This document shows positions 15,675 through 24,547 of a stretch of 64,000 bases of DNA, one piece after another. The stretch's first letter is position 1; every line of letters starts with the position of its first letter. Position numbers and translations under genes: made by a program. Source of the DNA: Pyrinomonadaceae bacterium (lineage in GTDB: Bacteria > Acidobacteriota > Blastocatellia > Pyrinomonadales > Pyrinomonadaceae); assembly GCA_046313635.1 (NCBI GenBank), contig JBKBYA010000003.1, positions 64,001 to 128,000 of the forward strand. Direction: 5' to 3'. The notes under the pieces were generated by a model. The model ran no database searches. It had not been told where the DNA came from and saw nothing but the letters and a program-made list of their open reading frames with translations.

Positions 15675-16868
15675 CTATTTCATCGTTACGGTTCCATCGT
15701 CGGCGATGCGCGCCGCCGACGGGCCAAAGTCGGCGGTCGACAATTCACGCAGCTTCCTGATCGCCGCGCCGGTTGGATCGAGTGCGGGGATGCCGCGGCC
15801 TTCCTGCCTGGTCGGAACGATCTTGCCCGTGATGAATCGCCCGTCAGAGCCGAGCGTGAACTCGAAGATCGCCGAGATGCCCTGCGCGCCTTTGAGATTG
15901 AACATTCCGTACGTCGCAAAGTTGCCCATCGAGTAGGCAACCGGCTTGCCCTTGTAAAACTCGATCCCGCGCAGCACGTGCGGGCCGTGGCCGAGGACGA
16001 GATCCGCGCCGGCGTCGATCACAGTTCGTGCAAATAGCGGCAGGTTGCCGCGCTTTTCGTTGCCGAGCATCTCCAGCCGCCGCGGCACGTGCTGGTACGC
16101 CTCGCCCTCGGCTCCGCCGTGGAATGAGACGATGACAATATCGGCCTTCTTTCGCGCGGCCGCAACGTAGTCGCGCGCCGCGTCGAGCTCGTTGACGTTC
16201 GGCACGATCGCATTGTGCGCGAATGCGACGACCGCGACCTTTACGCCCTTGACGTCGAGATACGCTGTAGGGAATTGCGAGCGGTCGGAGCCCGCATGCT
16301 TGATGCCGAGCGCGTCGAGGACGCGGCGTGTGCTTGCGCGGCCCTCTTCGCCGAAGTCGTTCGCGTGGTTGTTGGCCAGACTTAAGACGTCAAATCCGGC
16401 GTCCTTGAGATACTGCCCGTAACGCGTCGGCGTGCGAAAGGCGAAGCAGCGGATCGGTTTTGTCGGTGCCGGAGATTTGACGGGTGGCGCGGCCGGTTCG
16501 ACACCTGTCTCGGCTTTGGGCCGCGGCGGCGGGCCGCACTTTTCGCTCACGCCGCCGTCGATGAGCGGGCCTTCGAGATTGCCAAAGGCAATGTCGGCCG
16601 CACTCAGCACGGGAGCGACTTCGTCGAGCATATCGCGGCCGTCATTCGGCGGCAGAAAAGTCTCGTTGATCGACGTCGACCCGAGCATTATGTCGCCGAC
16701 CGCGGCGATCGTGATCGACCCCGCCTTGTTAGGCGTCGGCGAAGCCTCGGCCATCTGCTCGGCGCTTGCACGCGGGGTCGTTACCTCGGCACTGCCGCCG
16801 CACGCAACGATCAGAATAAAGGCCGCGGCGAGCGCGACGGACGTTGTTAAAAGGAATTTCAACCGCAT
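15675..16868 (-). CDS. CapA-family (PGA_cap) metallophosphoesterase lipoprotein
   Basis: AVGDIMLG, GNLEGP, SLANNHANDFG, SFHGGAE, GHGPHV, YSMGNF; lipobox LIVAC. Confidence 0.9.
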   Translation of the reverse strand: MRLKFLLTTSVALAAAFILIVACGGSAEVTTPRASAEQMAEASPTPNKAGSITIAAVGDIMLGSTSINETFLPPNDGRDMLDEVAPVLSAADIAFGNLEGPLIDGGVSEKCGPPPRPKAETGVEPAAPPVKSPAPTKPIRCFAFRTPTRYGQYLKDAGFDVLSLANNHANDFGEEGRASTRRVLDALGIKHAGSDRSQFPTAYLDVKGVKVAVVAFAHNAIVPNVNELDAARDYVAAARKKADIVIVSFHGGAEGEAYQHVPRRLEMLGNEKRGNLPLFARTVIDAGADLVLGHGPHVLRGIEFYKGKPVAYSMGNFATYGMFNLKGAQGISAIFEFTLGSDGRFITGKIVPTRQEGRGIPALDPTGAAIRKLRELSTADFGPSAARIADDGTVTMK

Positions 16869-17068
16869 GGAACTAGTTCGCCGCTGCCGGTGACGCTCGA
16901 GTGCTTAGATGCAGCAGCCACTCAAGCTCGGGCATAAAGATGATCGGCGAAGCGGTATTAAAACACGCTTCGCCGATATACAAAACGACGGCTGATCAAT
17001 TCTCCGGACCGCAGCGTCGTCGGCCGCAGGAGGAAGGATCTTACCTGGCATTGTAGCCCGTACACAGA

Positions 17069-20000
17069 CTACGAGCTCGCCGGAGCGATCTTGCTTGAGA
17101 CCTCGGGTTCGCTGGCGGCGGCGATCTCGTCGGTGTCGGTGCGGAGCGCCTCGTCGACGAGCGTCTTTTGCTCGAGTTCGTGGATGGCGTACGAGCCGGT
17201 CGCGGGCGACGCCGAGGCCTTGCGGCCGGCGTACCGGATCGTGGCGCTTTCCGGTTTGATCTCGCGAAGTCGGTCTTGGATGAACGTCCAACCGCCCATA
17301 TTCTTCGGCTCTTCCTGGGTCCAGACGATCTCGCGTGCGTTCGGGTACGAGGCAAATATGTTCCTGAGCGCCTCGACGGGCGTCGGGTAAAACTGCTCGA
17401 GCCGCACGACCGCGACCTTGCCGCTGAACTGCTCGGCCCGCGCCGCTTCGAGATCGTAAAAGACCTTGCCGCTGCACAGCACGACGCGGTTGACGGCGTT
17501 GCGGTCGGTGACCCGCGCGTCGTCGATCACGGGCCGGAATCCGCCGGTCTTGAGCTCGTCGATAGTCGAGCTCGCGGCCGGCAGACGCAAGAGACTCTTC
17601 GGCGTCATCACGACGAGCGGACGCATCACTTCCTGCTTTGCCTGCCGCCGCAGGAGGTGAAAGTACTGCGCCGGCGTCGTCGGGTAGCAGACCTGAATAT
17701 TGTTTTCGGCGCAGAGCTGCAGGTAGCGCTCGAGACGCGCCGACGAGTGCTCTGGGCCCTGGCCCTCGTAGCCGTGCGGCAGCAGCATCACGAGCCGGCA
17801 GGTCTGCTTCCACTTGTCTTCCGAAGCGGTGACATACTGGTCGATGATCACCTGCGCTCCGTTAGAGAAGTCGCCGAATTGCGCTTCCCACATCACGAGG
17901 CTGCGGGGCGAGTTCACCGAATAGCCGTATTCAAAGCCGAGCACGCCCTGCTCCGAGAGCGAGCTGTCAAAGACGTAGAATCTGGCGTTTGGGTTCGCGT
18001 CGTTGCGAAGCTCGGTGAGCGGCGACCAGCGCTCGCCGGTGAGCGTGTCGTACATCGACGCGTGCCGCTGCGAAAAGGTGCCGCGGCCCGAGTCCTGTCC
18101 GCTCAAACGTACCGGGTAACCCTCGAGCACGAGCGTGCCGATCGCCATCGCCTCGGCAAATCCCCAATCCATCGGCACCTCGCCCGTGCCCATCTTGGCG
18201 CGGCGCGCGAGCTGGTTGACCATCTTCGGGTTGATGTTGAATCCGGCCGGAACGAGCGACACGGCCTCCGACGCCTTTTGCAGCAGAGAGCCGTCGGCGC
18301 CGCTCTCAAAAATGGCCGATCCGTCCTCCTCGACAACCGCCGGCAGAGCGACCTCGGTTGCGGGGCGTTTGGCGGCGATGTCCTTGGCACGCTGCAAAAT
18401 GCCTTCGTACTTGTCGACGACCTTGCCGGTCATCGCCTTGAGATCGTCTTCACCGATCACGCCCTCGCGGATGAGCTGCTGCGCGTACAGATGCCGCGTT
18501 CCAGGATGGGCCTTGACGCGGGCGTACATCACGGGCTGCGTGTAGGTCGGCTCGTCACCCTCGTTGTGCCCGAGCCGGCGAAATCCGACGAGGTCGAGCA
18601 CGACGTCCTTTTTGAATTCGTGACGGTAGCCGAGCGCGATCTGGATGACGCGATACGCCGCCTCGGGATCGTCGCCGTTGATGTGAAAGACCGGAGCCTG
18701 AATGATGTGAGCCGCGTCGGTCGAGTAGATCGAGCTGCGCGACGACTCGGGCGAGGTCGTAAAGCCGATCTGGTTGTTGATGACGATATGCACCGTGCCG
18801 CCCGTGCGGTAGCCCGGCAGGTCGGCGAGCTGCAGCGTCTCCATCACGATGCCTTGCCCGGCGAATGCCGCGTCGCCATGCAGCAGCACCGGAAGCACGC
18901 GGTCGTACACCTGCTGGCGGTCGAGCCCCTCGCCGTTGCGAAGCTCGTCCTGACGAGCGCGGGCCATGCCCTCGACGACCGGATTGACGAATTCGAGATG
19001 GCTCGGGTTTGACGAGAGCGTGATCGTCACGTCCTTGCCGGCCCTGGTGTGACGTGTGCTGACGGCGCCCTGGTGATACTTTACGTCGCCCTCGTCGGCC
19101 GGGAAGTCGGGGTGCGACGTGCCTTCAAAGACCGTGAAGATCCGCTCGGCGAGATCGCCGGTCTCCGGATTGCCGACGATATTCGACAGCACGTTCAGGC
19201 GGCCGCGGTGGGCCATGCCCATGTAGATGTCGTCGACGCCGCGCGTGGCCGCTCCCTCGACGAGCTGGTCGAGCATCGGGATAACGGTCTCGCAGCCCTC
19301 GAGCGAGAACCGCTTTTGACCGAGATACTTCTTGTGCAGGAACTGCTCGAATTGCTCGGCCTCGATCAGTTTTTGCAAAAGTTCTTTTTTGATCTCGGGC
19401 GCGAGCGGCGTAGTGTCGACAAACTGCTCGCGGACCTGCGCACGGATCCACTCCTTCTCCTGCTTGCTCTGAATGTGCCGGTACTCGATGCCGACCTTGC
19501 CGCAGTACGCGCGGCGGAGGATGCCGAGGATGCGGCGGAGCGTCGCGGTCTTTTCGCCGTGCAGGCCGCCGGTGATGAATTCGCGATCGAGGTCCCAGAT
19601 CGTGAGGCCAAAGTTCTCGAGCTCGAGATCGGCGTCGAGATGGCTGGTCATATTCAGCGGATCGATGTCGGCGAGCAGGTGGCCGCGCGTGCGATACGCG
19701 TTGATGAGCTGAAGGACGTTGGCCTGTTTCTCGGCGAGCTCGCTGAAGCGGTCGCCGCCGAGCAGGCTCGGGTTGTAGTCGGGCGACCATCGCAGCGGCA
19801 GATAGTTGATCTCGAGCGAGTCAAAGATCTCGTCGTAAAAGTCGTGCTTGCCGACCAGGAACTCGTGAATGCGCGCCAGAAATAGTCCGCTCTCCGCGCC
19901 CTGTATCACGCGATGATCGTAGGTCGAGGTGAGCGTCACGGTCTTGCTGATGCCGAGCTGCGACAGAGCGGCCGGCGTCATCGCCTGGTACTCGGCCGGA

Positions 20001-20854
20001 TACTCGATCGCCCCGGTCGCGATGATCGCGCTCTGTCCGGCCATCAGCCGCGGGTTTGAAGCCGCGGTGCCGATCGTACCGGGATTTGTGAGCGAGATGG
20101 TCGTGCCCTGAAAGTCGGCGATCTCGAGCTTGCCCTCGCGGGCCTTTTTTACCTGCTCGTTGTAGGCTGCAAAGAACTCGGCAAAGTTCATCGACTCGGC
20201 GTTCTTGATATTCGGCACGAGCAGGCTGCGCGAGCCGTCCTTTTTTTCGACGTCGATCGCGATGCCGAGATTGATGTGCTTATGCTCGAGCCGCGACGGC
20301 GTACCGTCGACGACGCCGAAGCCGTGATTCATCTGCGGATAATCGCGGGCCGCCCTGACGATCGCCCACGCGATGATGTGCGTGAACGAGGCCTTGCCGC
20401 GGCCGCGCGGCACGAGATGCTCGTTGATGATGATGCGGTTCTCTTCGAGCAGCTTGACCGGCACGCTGCGGACGCTCGTCGCGGTCGGGACCGTGAGGCT
20501 CTGCTCCATGTTCTCGACGATCTTCTTTGCCGGGCCAAAGATCGGCTTGGCCTCGGTGTCGGGCGAGAGCGCTGCCGGAGCAGCGGCCGGCTTCGCCGCC
20601 GGCTTGGGCTCGGGCGCGGACCTTGTCTCGGTCGCCGGAGCCGCCGCGGACGGTTGACCATTCGTCGCCGACGAGCGTCCGCCGTCGAGGCTCGGTTCGA
20701 AGCCGGCGAGCAGCTCGCCAAAATATTCTCGCCACGATTCGTCAACCGACGACGGGTCGGACCTGTAGCGTTCGAGCAGTCCCTCGACGTAGTTGGCGTT
20801 GGCCCCGAAATTGTCCTGGATATAAGAGCTAAGGTCGGTAATTTTGTTGCTCAC
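17069..20854 (-). CDS. sucA: Multifunctional 2-oxoglutarate dehydrogenase with E2-like acyltransferase domain fused to E1 (Kgd/OdhA type)
   Basis: TYDHRVIQGAESG in the N-terminal domain; KRFSLEG, GMAHRGRLN, HGDAAF, LLPHGYEGQGPEHSSAR in E1. Confidence 0.95.
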   Translation of the reverse strand: MSNKITDLSSYIQDNFGANANYVEGLLERYRSDPSSVDESWREYFGELLAGFEPSLDGGRSSATNGQPSAAAPATETRSAPEPKPAAKPAAAPAALSPDTEAKPIFGPAKKIVENMEQSLTVPTATSVRSVPVKLLEENRIIINEHLVPRGRGKASFTHIIAWAIVRAARDYPQMNHGFGVVDGTPSRLEHKHINLGIAIDVEKKDGSRSLLVPNIKNAESMNFAEFFAAYNEQVKKAREGKLEIADFQGTTISLTNPGTIGTAASNPRLMAGQSAIIATGAIEYPAEYQAMTPAALSQLGISKTVTLTSTYDHRVIQGAESGLFLARIHEFLVGKHDFYDEIFDSLEINYLPLRWSPDYNPSLLGGDRFSELAEKQANVLQLINAYRTRGHLLADIDPLNMTSHLDADLELENFGLTIWDLDREFITGGLHGEKTATLRRILGILRRAYCGKVGIEYRHIQSKQEKEWIRAQVREQFVDTTPLAPEIKKELLQKLIEAEQFEQFLHKKYLGQKRFSLEGCETVIPMLDQLVEGAATRGVDDIYMGMAHRGRLNVLSNIVGNPETGDLAERIFTVFEGTSHPDFPADEGDVKYHQGAVSTRHTRAGKDVTITLSSNPSHLEFVNPVVEGMARARQDELRNGEGLDRQQVYDRVLPVLLHGDAAFAGQGIVMETLQLADLPGYRTGGTVHIVINNQIGFTTSPESSRSSIYSTDAAHIIQAPVFHINGDDPEAAYRVIQIALGYRHEFKKDVVLDLVGFRRLGHNEGDEPTYTQPVMYARVKAHPGTRHLYAQQLIREGVIGEDDLKAMTGKVVDKYEGILQRAKDIAAKRPATEVALPAVVEEDGSAIFESGADGSLLQKASEAVSLVPAGFNINPKMVNQLARRAKMGTGEVPMDWGFAEAMAIGTLVLEGYPVRLSGQDSGRGTFSQRHASMYDTLTGERWSPLTELRNDANPNARFYVFDSSLSEQGVLGFEYGYSVNSPRSLVMWEAQFGDFSNGAQVIIDQYVTASEDKWKQTCRLVMLLPHGYEGQGPEHSSARLERYLQLCAENNIQVCYPTTPAQYFHLLRRQAKQEVMRPLVVMTPKSLLRLPAASSTIDELKTGGFRPVIDDARVTDRNAVNRVVLCSGKVFYDLEAARAEQFSGKVAVVRLEQFYPTPVEALRNIFASYPNAREIVWTQEEPKNMGGWTFIQDRLREIKPESATIRYAGRKASASPATGSYAIHELEQKTLVDEALRTDTDEIAAASEPEVSSKIAPASS

Positions 20855-21038
20855 GATAGGTAAAAACCTCAAAAGATCTCGTCAATAGTGCAAGCTGTGA
20901 TTTTAACGTAGTTCGAACGAATTTATAAGGCGGACGCCTGGGCGCCCGTTGAGCGTGTGCCGCAAAAGCAAAGAGCAGCGAAATGCTGCTCCCCAAGATC
21001 AGTTTCTTAGCTCGAACTTTCAGATCAGATCCTGACCG

Positions 21039-21950
21039 TTATGACGACGACGCCTGCTGCGTGCGGCCGGTCTCTGCGCCGCCGGACGATTTTTCGAGAT
21101 CGTGGCGGATCGCGTCGAGGATGCCGTTGATGAACTGCGTTGCCTCAAAGGTCGAGAACCGCCGCGCGATCTCGAGCGCCTCGTTGATGACGACCGTGCC
21201 CGGCGTGTCTTCGTAGAGAAATTCGTAGACCGCCAGCCGCAGCACGTTGCGGTCGACGACGGCCATTCGCTCGATGCGCCAATGCTCGGCGCGCGTGCGG
21301 ATGCGGTCGTCGATCGTCGCAAGTTCGCGGAGCGTGCCGGTCACTATCCGATCGGAGAAGGCACGCGAGTTGGCCGTAAGATCGACCGTGCGTTCGACCT
21401 CGGGCAGGATCGAGTCGGCCATTTTGTCTAAACTCTGAGCGGCTTGTTTCTGAAGGTCGCTGAAGTCTGCAAGATCGCTGCGCTGCGGCCTGATGAGCTT
21501 GAGCGAGACGGCGGATTCAAAGTCGAGCGCGAGCGCGGCGAACGTGTTCCTGATCGCCTGCAGGCCGCGGTAGACCTCTTGGCTGTCGATGTCGCGGCCG
21601 CGCTCGACCGACGCGATAAAGGCGCGGTAGTCCTTGACGAGACGCTCGATCTGCACGCTGATGCTCTTGAGCTTGTCGGTGCGGCTGGTCGACTTCTCAA
21701 GCGGTTCGAGCTGTTTGAAAAAGTTTCGAAGGTCGCTGACGACGCGCTCGAGCCTCGCCGATTCGTCGACAAAGCTCCAGACGAGCTGCGTAATGCCCTT
21801 GTGAAGCTCCTCGAGGCCGAGCTCGCCCCAATAATCGGCGAGATCGTACCTGGCGGGACGCACCAGGTCGTACGCAAACAGCATATGAAGCGCGCACTCG
21901 CGGGCCTTGTGCCGGGTACCGGTATTCTTGGCGGACTTGTCAGACGACAT
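21039..21950 (-). CDS. nusB: Transcription antitermination factor NusB with a large internal insertion
   Basis: RHKARECALHMLF at the N-terminus; WRIERMAVVDRNVLRLAVYE..VINEALEIARRFS..FINGILD at the C-terminus; directly downstream of ribH. Confidence 0.9.
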   Translation of the reverse strand: MSSDKSAKNTGTRHKARECALHMLFAYDLVRPARYDLADYWGELGLEELHKGITQLVWSFVDESARLERVVSDLRNFFKQLEPLEKSTSRTDKLKSISVQIERLVKDYRAFIASVERGRDIDSQEVYRGLQAIRNTFAALALDFESAVSLKLIRPQRSDLADFSDLQKQAAQSLDKMADSILPEVERTVDLTANSRAFSDRIVTGTLRELATIDDRIRTRAEHWRIERMAVVDRNVLRLAVYEFLYEDTPGTVVINEALEIARRFSTFEATQFINGILDAIRHDLEKSSGGAETGRTQQASSS

Positions 21951-22461
21951 GCGGAAAAACCTTGTCTTTACCTTTACCCGGCTTCTTTCTGCCTTCCATT
22001 TCGCGAAGGAGATTCACCATCTCGATCGCCGACATCGCGGCCTCGTATCCTTTGTTCCCGGCCTTGACGCCGCAGCGATTGACGGCCTGCTCGAGAGTGT
22101 CTGTCGTCACGACGCCGAAAAGTACCGGAACGCCCGTCTGCAGCGAAGCCGTCGAGACACCGCTCGCGGCCTGGCCGGCGACGTAATCGAAGTGCGGCGT
22201 CTCGCCGCGGATCACCACGCCGAGCGTGATGACCGCGTCAAACTTGCCGCTCTGCGCGGCCTTGAGTGCGGCAAGCGGCAGCTCAAACGCGCCGGGCACC
22301 TTAAAGACCTCTACCGACTCGCTCGACGCTCCGGCCGACTCGAGCGCGTCGAGCGCTCCGTCGAGCAGTCTCGAGGTCAAAAGGTCGTTCCAGCGGCTTA
22401 CGACGACGGCAAACCGCGCGGACTCGATCGTAAATTTTCCGCGATGGATCTTCGGCTTCAA
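21940..22461 (-). CDS. ribH: 6,7-dimethyl-8-ribityllumazine synthase
   Basis: VSRWN, VPGAFELP, GVVIRGETPHFDYV, GNKGYEAA. Confidence 0.97.
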   Translation of the reverse strand: MKPKIHRGKFTIESARFAVVVSRWNDLLTSRLLDGALDALESAGASSESVEVFKVPGAFELPLAALKAAQSGKFDAVITLGVVIRGETPHFDYVAGQAASGVSTASLQTGVPVLFGVVTTDTLEQAVNRCGVKAGNKGYEAAMSAIEMVNLLREMEGRKKPGKGKDKVFPHVV

Positions 22462-22600
22462 TCTGATCTCCTCTCAAGGCCGACGCCTCGATAAGTTTCA
22501 GTATATGTAATCGAAAAGCGCGTTAGCAAGATAACGCCCGTTTTTTGCAAACGCCGGCCGAAACGTTGAATAATACACGTCGCCCCAGCCCGAAGACGCG

Positions 22601-23449
22601 ATGTCGACGCCATTCATCGAGACCGAAGAAGCTCTCATCATCGAGACGCCCGAGCGCGTGCAGATCGCCTTTTCGCTCGCGTCGATCGGCAACCGCTTTC
22701 TCGCGGTCGCGATCGATCACGCGATCCAGTTCGGATCGATGTTCTTTGCCGCGTGGTTCTTTTACTGGCTCGCGTCGGGCCCGTCGGACAACAGCGTGAC
22801 GGTCGAGCGCTGGCTCGTCGACGCGCCTAAGTGGACGATCGCGGTGATGATCATCGTGCTCTTTCTGCTCTTTACGGGCTACTTCATTTTCTTTGAATGG
22901 CTGTGGAACGGGCAGACGCCCGGCAAGCGTTTGATGAAGCTGCGCGTGATACGCGACGACGGCCGCCCGATCACGCTGTGGGAAGCCGTCGCCAGGAATC
23001 TCCTGCGGATCTTTGACGCGGCCCCCGGGTTCTTTTTACCGGTCTACTCGGTCGGTTTGATCGTCGTTTTTATCAGCGGGCGCGACCAGCGCGTCGGCGA
23101 CCACTTTGCCGGAACGGTCGTCATCCGCGAGCGGACGGACGAGGCACCGACCTTTGACGAGACCTTTGCGGATACGATCGGCGACTCCGCGTTTCGGCGG
23201 CTGCACCCGCGGTTTGACGGCGTGGTCGACGTCTCGCGTCTGACCGACGAGGAGATGCGCGTGGTCGAGGCGTTTCTGCGGCGCCGCTGGGACCTCAAAG
23301 ATCGACAGCGAAGCTGGATGGCCTGGCGCGTCGCCCTGCCGCTGATGTACAAGCTCAAGCCGAGCTACCGCATCGAGAGCTTTTCGTACGAGGGATTTCT
23401 CGAGGAGCTTCTCTACCGCCGGCACGCGCGCGATCGCTTCATTAACTGA
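22601..23449 (+). CDS. RDD family membrane protein
   Basis: IETPE..LASIGNRFLAVAID, GQTPGKR, RNLLRIFD, QRVGDHFAGTVV. Confidence 0.9.
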   Translation: MSTPFIETEEALIIETPERVQIAFSLASIGNRFLAVAIDHAIQFGSMFFAAWFFYWLASGPSDNSVTVERWLVDAPKWTIAVMIIVLFLLFTGYFIFFEWLWNGQTPGKRLMKLRVIRDDGRPITLWEAVARNLLRIFDAAPGFFLPVYSVGLIVVFISGRDQRVGDHFAGTVVIRERTDEAPTFDETFADTIGDSAFRRLHPRFDGVVDVSRLTDEEMRVVEAFLRRRWDLKDRQRSWMAWRVALPLMYKLKPSYRIESFSYEGFLEELLYRRHARDRFIN

Positions 23450-23569
23450 CGAGCTGCTGGCCGACCCGCTGCACGTCGGCGGGCGCCGACGTTTTTGCCG
23501 CCTGTCTTCCGGTGTGATAATTTGAGCACTGCCGCAATTCTTTCACCTTGACTTGTACGCATTCGGATC

Positions 23570-24547
23570 GTGAACAAGAGAATATTAGTAACCGGAGGGG
23601 CCGGATTCATCGGTTCGAACCTTGTCGATCTGCTGCTGGCCGAGGGCGGCTGGAACGTGACGGTCGTCGACGACTTTAACGACTTTTACGCGCCCGACAT
23701 CAAGCGGGCCAATGTCGCTCAGCATCTCGATAACCCGAATTACCGACTCGTCGAATGCGACATCCGAAATGCCGACGAGCTCAGGGCCGGGGCGTTCGCC
23801 GGCGGCGGGTTTGACTGCATCGTGCATCTCGCCGCGCGTGCGGGCGTGCGGCCGAGCCTCGCCGATCCCAAGCTATACACCGAGACAAACATCAACGGCA
23901 CGGTGAATCTGCTCGAGCTGGCGAGGGAGTTTGGCGTGCGGCAGTTCGTTTTCGGATCGTCGTCGAGCGTTTACGGCATCAACTGCAAGATCCCCTTTGC
24001 CGAGGACGACCGCATTCACCAGCCGATCTCGCCGTACGCGGCGACCAAGGCCGCGGGCGAGCTGATCTGTCACACCTACTCGCACCTCTACGACATTCGC
24101 ACGGTCTGCCTGCGATTTTTTACAGTGTACGGCCGGCGGCAGCGGCCCGACCTGGCGATACATAAATTCACGCGGCTTATCGCAGAGGGGCGGCCGGTGC
24201 CGATGTTCGGCGACGGCACGATGCGCCGCGATTACACGTATATCGACGACATCCTGCAGGGCGTGCGGGCGGCGATGGACTACGACTCGTCGATGCACGA
24301 GATCTTTAATCTAGGCGAATCGGAGACGACCGAATTGCGGCGTCTGATCGAGCTGATCGAGGACGCGCTCGGAAAAAACGCTCTGGTCGAGAGCCACCCC
24401 GTGCAGCCCGGCGACGTGCCCGTCACATTTGCGGATATATCAAAAGCGAAGCGAATGCTCGGCTACGCGCCGGCGACCAAGATCGAGGAAGGGATACCGA
24501 AATTCGTCAAATGGTTCAGCGAGTCACGCTGCCGCATCGCAGCCTAG
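23570..24547 (+). CDS. NAD-dependent nucleotide-sugar epimerase (UDP-glucuronate 4-epimerase-like)
   Basis: TGGAGFIG, HLAARAGVRPS, YAATK, RFFTVYG..RPDLA. Confidence 0.92.
   Translation: MNKRILVTGGAGFIGSNLVDLLLAEGGWNVTVVDDFNDFYAPDIKRANVAQHLDNPNYRLVECDIRNADELRAGAFAGGGFDCIVHLAARAGVRPSLADPKLYTETNINGTVNLLELAREFGVRQFVFGSSSSVYGINCKIPFAEDDRIHQPISPYAATKAAGELICHTYSHLYDIRTVCLRFFTVYGRRQRPDLAIHKFTRLIAEGRPVPMFGDGTMRRDYTYIDDILQGVRAAMDYDSSMHEIFNLGESETTELRRLIELIEDALGKNALVESHPVQPGDVPVTFADISKAKRMLGYAPATKIEEGIPKFVKWFSESRCRIAA

Noticed and set aside
17168..19012. 614-aa ORF and many similar long overlapping ORFs (e.g. 6253-7848, 12527-13963, 45537-46856)
   Set aside because: Antisense shadows of real high-GC genes; no motifs of their own.
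17069..20854. E2-E1 fusion as a novelty
   Set aside because: This is the known Kgd/OdhA architecture.
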